Assembly: GCA_047495785.1 (NCBI GenBank)
Contig: JBLDXI010000013.1
Span: 1,488,001-1,552,000, forward strand
Source: Lepidodermella squamata
Taxonomy: Eukaryota; Animalia; Gastrotricha
Reading direction: 5' to 3'
Length of the DNA: 64,000 nucleotides
This document shows positions 25,120 to 36,036 of this stretch, piece after piece. The notes beneath the pieces were generated by a model that saw only the letters and a program-made list of their open reading frames with translations, made no database searches and had not been told where the DNA came from. Numbering within the stretch: the first letter of the stretch is position 1; each line of letters begins with the position of its first letter. The translations under genes were made by a program, and so were the position numbers.

Positions 25120-26330
25120 ATGCGCTTCGATGCAAGATATTCGTCGCTGATACTATTTTCCGTGTTATCTCTCACGGTTGCAAGCGGCTTGGAGAATCTG
25201 CTGTTTGCGGAAGAATATCCGGGCGGAAGTGATGGCTTTAATGGCGAGGATGATGACTATGAAATTCCAACAACCACGATTAAGCCGTCTCGGAAAAGGC
25301 CTGGCTACAACAACTTCGGGAAACCCTCGACAATGCCGCCAGCCGCTTGTTCAGCCGGCGGTCCACTGCTTAAAGAGGACCGTTACACCATGCTAGGATC
25401 CGCCTTAATGGTTTTCCCATCGCTGGAAATCACCTGTGAAGGCGAGATTTCTCAATGGGATTTCTTGCCGCTTCGGACGAATACAAGCCAGTTGTACTTG
25501 GCCGTATGGCACCACACTAATCCGGCTAAGGTTTTCGAATTCGGCCTCCGCGGGATGAACAACCCGAATATAACCGCAACTCCCGGCCGCTGGAACACAT
25601 GGGTAGTACCTGCTGACAAGCGTATTCACGTCCAGAAGGGCGATGTCATCGGTTATTTCTACGTCAATTGGGTTGTTAACGTGACCGAGTTGATCCTACC
25701 GCTGGCTGTTGCGCAGAACGAGTTCGACAAGGCCTTTTTCAAACAAGTCAACGCCGGTGTTTTCGCATCGATGATGGGCCTTCCCGAGGTTGTTCAACGC
25801 CATAACAGCATCATTGATTTCGCAGTTCTTGGTGCTTTTCTGCCACACTATGCCATCCCCCCAATTCGAGCTACTGTCATCCCGAAAACAGTTTATACGA
25901 CCACGACAGATCGTGAGTTAAATTTAAAATTTAAATTAAAAAAATTAATTTAATTTATTTTCCAGCTTACCAAGCTTTGGCGAGGATTACCCAGCGCGAT
26001 AGTGTGATGAGGACGCAGCCGACGATGAACCCAGACCTCGTCAACCCAGTCAAGCGATGCCGCCATCTACCGACACCATTCGACGAGGTCCACCGCCCTG
26101 CCAACTGCGTACCGGAGCGATTTTTGCGATTCTTCTACTCGCAGACGCTGAAAACATGCGTGTTCTTCTACTTCTCGACATGCACGGACATCCCCGGCAA
26201 GTTGCCGTACCCGATTCGGACGGGCAATAACTTTGACTCGGCGTCGCAGTGCCTCATGGTTTGTGCGCCTCTCGTGGATAAAACCGTCGAACCTGTGCTA
26301 CCGCCTACCGACTACGCGCTCGAGGAATAG
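25120..26330 (+). CDS. Secreted protein: signal peptide, unassigned beta-rich domain, Thr-rich linker, atypical Kunitz/BPTI domain (paralog A)
   Basis: Exons 25120-25912 and 25966-26330 (385 aa). Six-Cys Kunitz pattern C..C..RFFY....C..F.F..C...GNNF....C...C. Confidence 0.8.
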
Positions 26331-27318
26331 CACCCGCCTTGCTGATATATAAATATACGTCCCCAATAGAGTTTTCATGTTAGAAGACTTATCTGAGTCG
26401 CATCAAATGTAATCAAATGTTATCTATGCATTTATAGTTTTGTTATTCATGACACTACTAATTTAAAAATTCAATCATTTTATTTGCGTGTTTTTTTCGA
26501 ACAAGAAAAGTCGAGAAGCTTATATATAAGTGCGGCGTTTTGAAAATGTGTTTAGGGAAAAATACTCGATATGGAATGGTTGGCTCTCCTGTGAATATTT
26601 GTAACTTTTGCGGCCATGATGCAACAGCTAAGATCGAGTTATTCTACTGATGATTTTTCCTCCATGGCGAACGGTTTTAACTGTGTTTTTTGTGTTACTT
26701 TTGTGCCATTGTACATATATATTCCTCCTGTTCATGATATTTCTGCCAACGTGTCTTGTTACGAAAAAAATTGCTATTGTTTTACCATTATGTGAATTCG
26801 TCGCTGATTAATGACGAACGGAGCGTTGATGCGTGGTTTTGTATGAAAACGGAAAATAAAAATTGCTGAACTTCTACAACTTAACGAGTTCTTATGTACA
26901 AAAATGACCAAGTCCAAGGTGCGAGAATCCTTGCCAAAAAAAATTATCTAGATCCAAGGCCAATGTAAAACGTGAAAGCAAAAATCCTGATGTATTTGGG
27001 AGTTCTCCATACAATTGTAGAGTGTATAGGTATGTCACACGGCATTAACTCGGCGGCAAACAATAGCTCTTCTCACTAAGTAAAATCGTGCACTGTATAA
27101 AAACCGCAAGTTTACGCTATTTCTTCAAAAAACAACAGGATGTTAGCTGGTCATCCTGCTTAAACAACGGTTTATACTAATTACCGCGAGACTCACAATT
27201 AGCCGCTTCTCGGTATATGCTAAAAAAATCTAACGCCATTAGCTTTTAAGAGCGTTTTAGTAGTCACCTTTATCCTTTATCTCTCATCTTTATAGTTTGA
27301 CAATCCAAAGGCATAAAA

Positions 27319-28498
27319 ATGGCCGTAATTTACGTAATTTTCTTCCTATCAATCGGCCAATTTGCAGTTGCAAACGGACGCGATACTGTCTACGACATGC
27401 TGGTACCTATTCTTGGCCGGCAAACCACGACTCGAAGTTCAAGTCCGGCAGTTAAAGTTTGCCGAGGAGGGGCGCATTTTGTATCTCCGACAAGGTACTC
27501 CAGGCTCAATTTTCCTAATTTGGTACTTTTCCCCGGCCTGCAAGCCAGCTGTTCCGGTTTCATCTTCGAATGGCTTTTCGTTCCTGGAAATTGGAACTTA
27601 AGCACCGTTTATTTGGCCGTATTTCGCAAGCGGCCAGATTTGTTCCTAGGCTACCAAATAGTCGGAGCTAATGTTATACCAGCCGATTATCTAGCAGTTG
27701 TTGACGAGTGGAATCAATGGATGGTACCTGAGGAGATGAGAATCTACGTTGAACCAGGCGATTTTCTCGGCTATTTCTACGAAAAACCGCCGAATTCGCT
27801 ATTAACAGGCGGGTACCGGCGGTTTAGGTCGCCTTTAAATCTGGCAACGCCAATAGAGGAGGAGAAACGAGACGCTGATTACCTAATGTTAACCGCTGAT
27901 TTCACAATCGAAGAATTTATGGAACTTATCGCAAAGCCCGGTCGTTATATCAGCTTCAACAGGGAAATCAGACCACCGCAAGTTTATGCCATGCCGCCGA
28001 TTCGATTTTCAATTTTAAGCACAGTCGATCCTCCTACTCGTCGGACTTACCCATTGCCAGAGTTTACTTTGCCAACTTCAGTGCAAAGGTCTACGACGCG
28101 ACCTGGTTAGTTAAACATGCACCGAAACAACGCTGTTATGATAATTATTTTTCGCAGGTTCTAGAACCAGCCCGAGACCCGCGCCGATGAATTCAAGCCT
28201 AGCTGAGCAACAAGATTTACAGGATCCTTTAAATCGATGCATGCGAGACCAGTTGTTGAACAGCTCTTATACAGAGCCTGGCTGTCTCGATGACAAAGTG
28301 TTGCGATATTATTTTTCGAGGCAAATGAAAACATGTGTATTCTATTACTTGACCGTATGCGTTGCGATTCCCGGTAAGATTTCTCGGCCGATTGTTACCG
28401 GCAACAGTTTCGACACTCCGCAGCAATGCGAAGAAATATGCCGCGACTTGATCAATCCTAGACTCAAGCCTATTACACCTCCTCCTCTTGATTTTTAA
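27319..28498 (+). CDS. Secreted protein with the same architecture, atypical Kunitz domain (paralog B)
   Basis: Exons 27319-28105 and 28158-28498 (375 aa). Shares FP.L...C.G.I..W.F.P, YLAV, RI.V..GD..GYFY, PPIR and IPGK...PI.TGN.FD with paralog A, and has a phase-1 intron in the same linker. Confidence 0.8.
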
Positions 28499-28792
28499 TA
28501 CGCATTTTTGAAGATAAAGCAATAAAACAAACGGTCGTCAGATGACCTTATAGGTGTAATTGCTCTATAATCTTACAACGGCATCTAGGCTAATAATATT
28601 TATAACGCACACGCGTGACCTAGTGCCCCAACATGGCCAGCAAGCAATTTCGTTGATGAATTTAGGAAATCATCACGATAAAGATCTGTAATTTTTGAAA
28701 ATCTCGAAAAATGATTGCTCAACTAAGAGCTAATTTTTATTAAAATCATTGCTGATGAAATATAAAAAATATTCACACAATTTCAACGTTAT

Positions 28793-31700
28793 TCACACAT
28801 CCCTGCAGGATGGCTTATCAAATAAGCAAGGAGTAGTGTCTGCGCCCAGTTGTCGCAACTGACGAACAACGCTGAAACGTTTACCAAGGGACGCGTATTG
28901 TATTGGTGTAGGCCCGTTCCTGTCATCTCGCGCATCCACTATTGCTTTTAAAGCGGCACCATTATCGCCGGAGCGATTTTCTAGTTGTTTAAGCAGCGCC
29001 GTTGCAGCGTCTCTGCCATCAGGACGCCCAGAGATAACTACGTCCGGCCGATAGCCACTCACCGCAATAATCAGAGGCGTGAGGCCATACGAGTATCGGT
29101 CGTTCATCAGGCGGAGAATGACTCGCCAAGGTTGACCTTCAAGCAACGCTGTCACAGTGTCGCCGTCATCGCGGGCGGCAGCCAACATGAGGGCAGTCAT
29201 GTTGTTGCGACGGTCTCGCAATTGCAAGTTAACGCCACCCTCTCGCAGCATGCGAACTACGCTGGTTTGGCTATTGTTAACTGCCAGCATTAGCGCAGAC
29301 ATGCCGTCTTTATCGACTAGGTCCGGCTGTTCCAACTCATCGCGTAGGGTTCGAGCTATTTCCAGGTAACCGGCCTTGGCAGCTATCATAAGAGCCGTAG
29401 TACCGTTCTCATCACGCTGGTTGATGCCAGGATTCTTACTATTGAGAACGACCTGAAATAATCACAAAAAACGATTTATATGATAATACCAGTTTATAGG
29501 GTAAATTATTTCTTGTCAGAAATCCTTGGATCTAGCTATCCACAATTTGCGCAACCATTTGGAATTTCGGAATTTTTTTTATGAATTCAAACTCATTTTT
29601 TAAATTAAGGCCACTAAGGGAATCTTCCATCTTTTATCCACGATTTTACCGAAATAAATAAAAAATTTACCGGAGAAAGCCTAAAAACTCCGATGGTAAC
29701 TGGTTCGATTTTTACGCGGTTGGATCAAATTTCTTCCGATTTTTTTTCAATCCCATTCACAAGAAACGTATTTTTTTTACTATTCTTATGGCATTTTACA
29801 GATTTTTGCCATGAGATATGACTTCTCCTGTCATTTTAGAGGTTCTGACCCCTTTTTCGTGTATTTCCTTTGCTTGCGTTACTTATAGGACACGTCCACG
29901 GAACCTAAATTATAGCCGGAGTGATTTGGGAAAATTTAGGCAAAATCAAGCGCATCAACATCAGATTGCCATTATTAACCTATGTGGAATAAAATCAATT
30001 TTAGCTTCTCCTTAGTCACCCAACCAGAGTGCTCGAGTGGTTTAAGAGGTCAGACTTAAGATCTGATGGGAGTAATCCCGCGTGGGTTCGAACCCCACCT
30101 CTGGTAACACATTTTTTTCTAAAATTGAGTTTAAAGTTATTTCTTTTAACCTGAAGGGCTGATAAGCTATCAATTTCAGCTGCCGCCATCAGCGGGGTAC
30201 GGCCTGCATTCGTTTTCGCGCTTGGATTGGCACCCAATGCCAGCAAGGCCGAAGCCGTCTGAGTTTGCCCGGCTCGAATTGCGAGATAAAAGGCCGTCCG
30301 GCCAGCAGCATCGCGATCTTCGACTATTGCACCATTATTGCTCGTTAAATTCAACACTAGGGAAGTTGCGCCGTTTAATGCCGCAATCATGAGAGCGGTC
30401 GAATTGTCCTCTGATCGCGCATCAACAGCGGCTCCTTTGCCAATCAGCAAATCGCATACCGCCGCGTTATCTCTTGAAGCCGCCGAGAAAAGCGGCGTCT
30501 CGCCTCTAAAATCCCTGGCATTAACATCAGCACCAGCTGTAATTAACACCAGAGTTTTTTCACTCGAATTCGACGCATGAAACAGAGCTGAGCGTCCCTT
30601 CGAATCGCGAGCGTCCAACGACGGGGAGTGATTAAGAAGCAGTCGTAAGACATTCGCACTGTTACTTGACCTAGATGCCCACATTAACGGGGTCATGCCG
30701 TTCTCATCAAATGTATCAACATCAGCCCCGGCTTCTAACAATTTCGCAGCCGATATATCTGCATTACTCGCAGAACTATTAGCGACACGCATCAGTGCAC
30801 TGATATTCCGGCTATCGACAGCATTAACGTCCGCACCGGCTTTGATAAGCTGATCGACTAGGTCTGGAGAATTTGAGTCTGCCGCCCTAATTATCGGCGA
30901 TTCTTCTTTCCGATTTTTCGAATTAACGTCGACGCCGTTGCTAAGCAACACCTTGACAACGCTTTTCGAGACCGAGGCATTTCTCAGGGCGACCAAGAGG
31001 GCTGTCTCGCCGCTGAAATCGGAAGCTTCAATGTCCGCGCCTGCGTCGATCAAACAGCTCGCTGTTTCAGCAAGACCGAACTTGGCCGAGTATATCAAAG
31101 GCGTCCAACCGTAACGGTCCCTCGCGTCTATAGTTGCGCCGCGATCGATAAGCAGCGTAGCGACTTGAGCTTGTTTAACGTCATTCTGACCGCGAGCGGC
31201 ATGAATCAGCGGCGTCGCACCGTCGTGATCTTCTGCGTCTATTTCGGCGCTTGAATTCAGCAGAAGAGAAACTGCATCTCGAAGCCCGAACCTCGCTGCT
31301 AGATGGAGAGGCGTTAGTTCCGTGTTTAACGTTACCTCATTGACAGAGGCGCCTTTTTCAATCAATGCCTATAAAATATCATTTCGGAAATGTTTGACGC
31401 TGGGAAAAATTTGTCTCACTTTCAATATTCCAAGTTTCGGCTTGCCGGCCGAAATGATTGACAGCACAATTCCGCGACCAGCTTTGCTACGCTTCGTTGC
31501 ATTGGCGCCGCGTTCCAGAAGCAATCGAACTACATTTTCGTGGCCAAACGCAGCGGCTAGCATCAACGGCGTCGTTCCTTCGCCATCAGGGCCGTCGACA
31601 GCGGCGCCCATATCTAGTAGCTTCCTTGTTATATTCATTTCCTCGCCATAAGTGCTCACAGCGGCGATCAAAGGCGTCGTGCCAGGGTATACTTTCGTAT

Positions 31701-34700
31701 CAGGCGAGTTGGGATTAGCCCCGTTTGAGAGAAGCAACATTGTGCAGTTGTAATGGCGATTGACGATCGCAGCTATAAGGGCATGTTGGAGCAATTTAGC
31801 CCCTTTCCTGAGAAGCTGAGCAACTATTTCATCGAAACCCCGAGCAGCCGCGTCATGTAGAGCTGAAGCGCCAAATTTACTGGCGAAATCGACAGTGGCT
31901 TTGTTCTTTTCCAGGAGATAATCAACCACTGAAGCATCCCCGAATCGAGCTGCTGCTATCAAAGCTGTAACGCCATTAACATCTTGCGCTGTGTAATCGG
32001 TTCGGCTGAAAAATCATCAGGAAAATACATGTTGAAAAGCTCAAGATATAAAAGAGGCAAATGTAGCTCTTTCAGATTTACGGATTTTGGGAATATTCGA
32101 AAATGATGACCCGCTGAGAAACGTATTTTTACCATTAAATCCCAGAATGTTTTATCTTTTATTTTTATTTCCCTAGACACGTGTTATTTCGGTAGAGAAA
32201 ATATTGGGAAGAATATTTTTATCACTTGAGGCTTGAGGTTACAAAGGCCACACCCGAGCGGTCATCTCGAGAACGGTGATAGCTAGGAAGCCGCTCTCAA
32301 AGAAAAAGTTCGCCAGCGTGATGAGATCGACCTACTACCTAGAAATGCATTCAGTTGGATCAAAGGTGATACTTCGTGCATAATCGATTTTAATGACACT
32401 ATACTATATAGTGCAGTTTGGTGACAGTCCCAAAAGCGGTCCTAGATGCCCTGGGGTTGTAGTCACCCTACAGGATTTTTTGAATATAGAATCGTAGGAA
32501 ATAGGAAGAGATGCCGTTGGGATCTAATGAGAAAGAGAATCAAATGACAGGGAAAATATGATCTAGACGTGTAGCCAGGTGAACTTCGGAGAAGCCGAAG
32601 CCTTTACTTCAGTAAAGTTAGATTTTTCCCAATTTTCCGCGTGGAAAAACGTTACGAACATCCTTGGGAAATGTAATTTTCGAATAATATGAAAAGTGGT
32701 GTTTGGGCGAATTGTTAGTATTTTCCAGTAAATCGCAAAAATGCACTGCCTTGAAGAAGAGCGACTTATCACATGAAGTGACTAAAAAACTAACCCTGCT
32801 TCGGCCAGAACCGAAATTGCGCCCCGACCGATACCGGATTCTACCGCGCGAATTAGAGGAGTGGCTCTTCGTTCTGTATCACGAGCGTTTACGTTAGCGC
32901 CACCGTCAAGCAGCCGCGCCATTATCCATATGTTGCCATTAGCAACAGCCACCATTAACGGCGTCTGTCCGAGATTATCCGGGGCGTCAACAGGGGCTGC
33001 AGCTCTTAGTAACAACCTCGCAATCGTCTGTTTGCTTTCTTCCAGCGATGGATCACGGTTAGCTGCCAACAACCATAGAGCAGAATGAGCCTGATCGTCT
33101 CGAGTCGCAACATCTATTCCAGACTGGACGAGAAATTGCACCAGGTAGTAGTCACCGGCTTCGGCGGCGTAGTGCAGAGCTGAACGCCCGTGAATATCTA
33201 CAAACTCCATATGCCGCTTCCATTGCGCATCAAACGATATTGACTTGATGAATTTTGCGACAGTTACGTTTCTTGTACTTCGGCATAGATGGATCATTGC
33301 TGACGTCCTATCTTCATCAACCAGCTGCTCATCAGCGGACAAGTCGTATAACAGTTTAATAATTTCAGTATTGTTCGCATCTATCGCCCAGCGCAAAGGC
33401 GTTTGTTGCCGCCAGCATTTGATATTAGGCCCTACATAGGCTTGAAGCATAATTTTCAAGCACGATGCACAGTTTGAGGCAATAGCCAATGACATGGCGC
33501 GGCCTTTACACTGATCAGTGGCGTCGAACGCTCCCGATAGTGTATTAACTAGTCGCAAATTTCCAGCGAGAGCGGCTAGCTCCAACGGTTGCAGTGATGA
33601 GTCATTCCAGCCCAGGGTAACATTGGCACCAGCATCAAGTAAAAATCTAGCTACGTCCTGTCGTGAAGTAGTGTTATCACAGCTGAATAACGCCACTACT
33701 TGCAGGCAAGTTGCACCATCGACCACCGATGCGTTGTTCTTACAAACTCCCTCATTAGTGTAAGGGCGGTCGTCGCGCCAATTAGGGTCGTACATCTCCG
33801 AGGAGGCCTTGATTTTTTCAATCATTATCCTGACTTTAGTAATGTTCGAGACTTTGCAAGCGTCCAACAATTCGTGGTATAAATCGAGTTGGGTGCAGCG
33901 ACCTGGCTCCGTCCAAGATCCGTTGTTTTTCTCGATGCAGGTGATATTACTAGGATAGAGCGGGTGGAGGTTGAAGCCGGGATCACACTGCAAAGTTCGG
34001 ACTTTGGAGCCTGGGGCAAAATAGCCGTGGCTAACTCGAGGAACGGGCCCGCATTCGAATTCAGGTTTAGCCGTAGTCGTTGTTGAAGTAGTCGGTGGGG
34101 CTTTTGTGGTCACCTTGGTTCGACGCGATGTAGGCAGGGTGGTTGTTACCTCGCTTGAATAACGAGCTATCGTTTGGTTAATCCACCTCATTGCCGAGCA
34201 AACTCTAGCGTAGACGCCTGGCTGGTTGCCATAACCGCACGCTGTGCCGTAGGATACAACCCCGACGACGTGGCTTCGATTGCCAGCTCGGCACATCAAG
34301 GGCGATCCGCTGTCACCGCGGCACGTGTCCAGACCCGGCTGGGTAGAGCCGGCGCAGAGTTGAGCCGTACTCACGTTGCGGTACCCGCTCAACTGCTGGC
34401 ACAGGTCGCGTGAATACGCGGCTAATTGAACTTTTTTCAGGCCTTTCGAAATCGCCTGACCGCTAGGCGTGAATCCCCAACCGCTAGCCGTGAACTCTAG
34501 GCAACCGTCTGACTTCGGATTCGTCCGCTGCTCGTCGGTTTCAGCGTCGCAGTGGAGTAGCCCCGTTGAAGGAAGGCAAATGGGCCGAACATAATCCTCA
34601 TAGAACATTTTATATGTCAACTTGACGAGAGCCAAGTCGTATTGATAAGTTTTATCTGAACTATTGTATTGGGGGTGAATGAAGTAAGTTGATGTCGTAG

Positions 34701-35368
34701 TTTTCTGCTCGTGCCTCTCCTCCTCAGGGGCCGACAAATTTGTTCGCCCTAATACAATGTTAATCCTAAATAAATGAGAATAAGCAAAACAAAAATAGGG
34801 AATTTTTTCGTTACCTACGCGACAAGTTTTGTAGATGAAACTAGGCAATGAGCTGCCGTTAGAAGCCACTCCTTTCCTATAACGCTAGCCCCACATGGTC
34901 GGTAGTTGGAAGCAGCTTCAAATTGCATTTCCAATTTAGCCATCCAAGGAATCTGTCCTTCGTACGCGTATTCCGTGTCGAAATTTCCAAGGGAAGAGGG
35001 ACGTATTTTAGAAACCTCGCCACATTGATTCATCTCGACTAAATCAAAATAAACTTGTGTTAAAAAATGTGATAGGTTTTATACGTACAGTTTTGTGTCT
35101 GGCAGCGGCCTATAGGTGGATCGAATCGACCCTGATCGTTGTTGTCTATTGTGCAAAGACTTCGAGCAACCGTTCCTGATGGAATCATATACCCGGAGTG
35201 ACAAGTGAGAATGACTGATACGCCGCCGTTGACTGAGCTGCCCTCCGGCAACGTCGTTCCATTATGAAGACGCAGCCAGCCTTTGGAAATTGCTGGTACT
35301 AGACACCCTGCTGAAGTTAGGCGGGCATTTATCAATACTAAAGACGCGATCAACAGTTGGCTAATCAT
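28793..35368 (-). CDS. Secreted mosaic protease: signal peptide, Sushi/CCP, trypsin-like S1 protease, Thr-rich linker, Sushi/CCP, ~30 ankyrin repeats (6 exons, ~1,644 aa)
   Basis: Exons 35368-35089, 35038-34819, 34765-32795, 32005-31420, 31368-30151 and 29452-28793 join in frame (4,935 nt). Triad LTAAHC / YDLALVKL / DTCRGDSGSP. Many G.TPL..AA..G....V..LL..GA.V repeats. Protease and first ankyrin repeats lie in one uninterrupted exon. Confidence 0.88.
30023..30106 (+). tRNA. tRNA-Leu-TAA: tRNA-Leu (anticodon TAA), intronic and antisense to the protease-ankyrin gene
   Basis: ACCAGAG/CTCTGGT acceptor stem, D-loop AGTGGTTTA, anticodon stem TCAGA-CTTAAGA-TCTGA, long variable arm, GGTTCGAACCCC T-arm, discriminator A, and a T7 Pol III terminator just downstream. 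Confidence 0.95.
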
Positions 35369-36036
35369 CTATAACGGGACATAGCTAAACTCTAATTAAG
35401 AAGAATATAAAGTCAACGAATTAAAAGCCAATGGCAAATTTGGCTAAGAGCTTTCTGTTTCGAGGTTTTTGCTTGATGAATAAGATTTTTTGAAAAAGCG
35501 TGACTACTACTTGAAGGATTTTTTACTTCAGGTTTTTCCTTTCTGTTGATAAGCTTATATTTTAGTAAATGGTTGAGCTTTTTTTATGTTTCTTCTATTA
35601 GCCATTATCATTTTTCCATAAGCTGGATTTGAGCCGATGACTCAAACTTCCCAGTATGGAATCATGTTAACTTCCGTCTATTTCTTCAAATGTTAACAGA
35701 TACTCCAAGTTCTGCTTAACTGAGCATGACCGGAAACCAATTAGCAGCATCTGCCGAAAAGCTAGCTTCGGAATGAAGCTTGTTTGGATGAGGAAGAGAC
35801 ATTTTTAAATGTTAAATTAAAATTGCAGAGCCTTCACCTTTATGTCCCTTGCGATCAAGAACCCAACCATAGACAATGGGCCTGAGTTCGAGATTCTTGG
35901 AGTTGCCTGATATATCTCCGAGCAGCTTCGACTCGGATCTATTCCGATCCTTCTACTTTTCTGCCTCTATGAAAACTTGCGTATTTTTTAATTCAATAAA
36001 TGTGCGGTCAGCTGCAAGTAGGATTTTGATGAGCAA

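Noticed and set aside
30016-30150. C-terminal tail VTRGGVRTHAGLLPSDLKSD of the 449-aa ankyrin ORF
   Set aside because: This is intron read-through and the antisense translation of the tRNA-Leu; the exon ends at 30151.
28793-33900. Latrotoxin or endosymbiont-derived ankyrin gene
   Set aside because: No latrotoxin N-terminal domain is recognisable, and the gene has spliceosomal introns and animal Sushi/trypsin domains. Origin of the repeats cannot be judged without a phylogeny.
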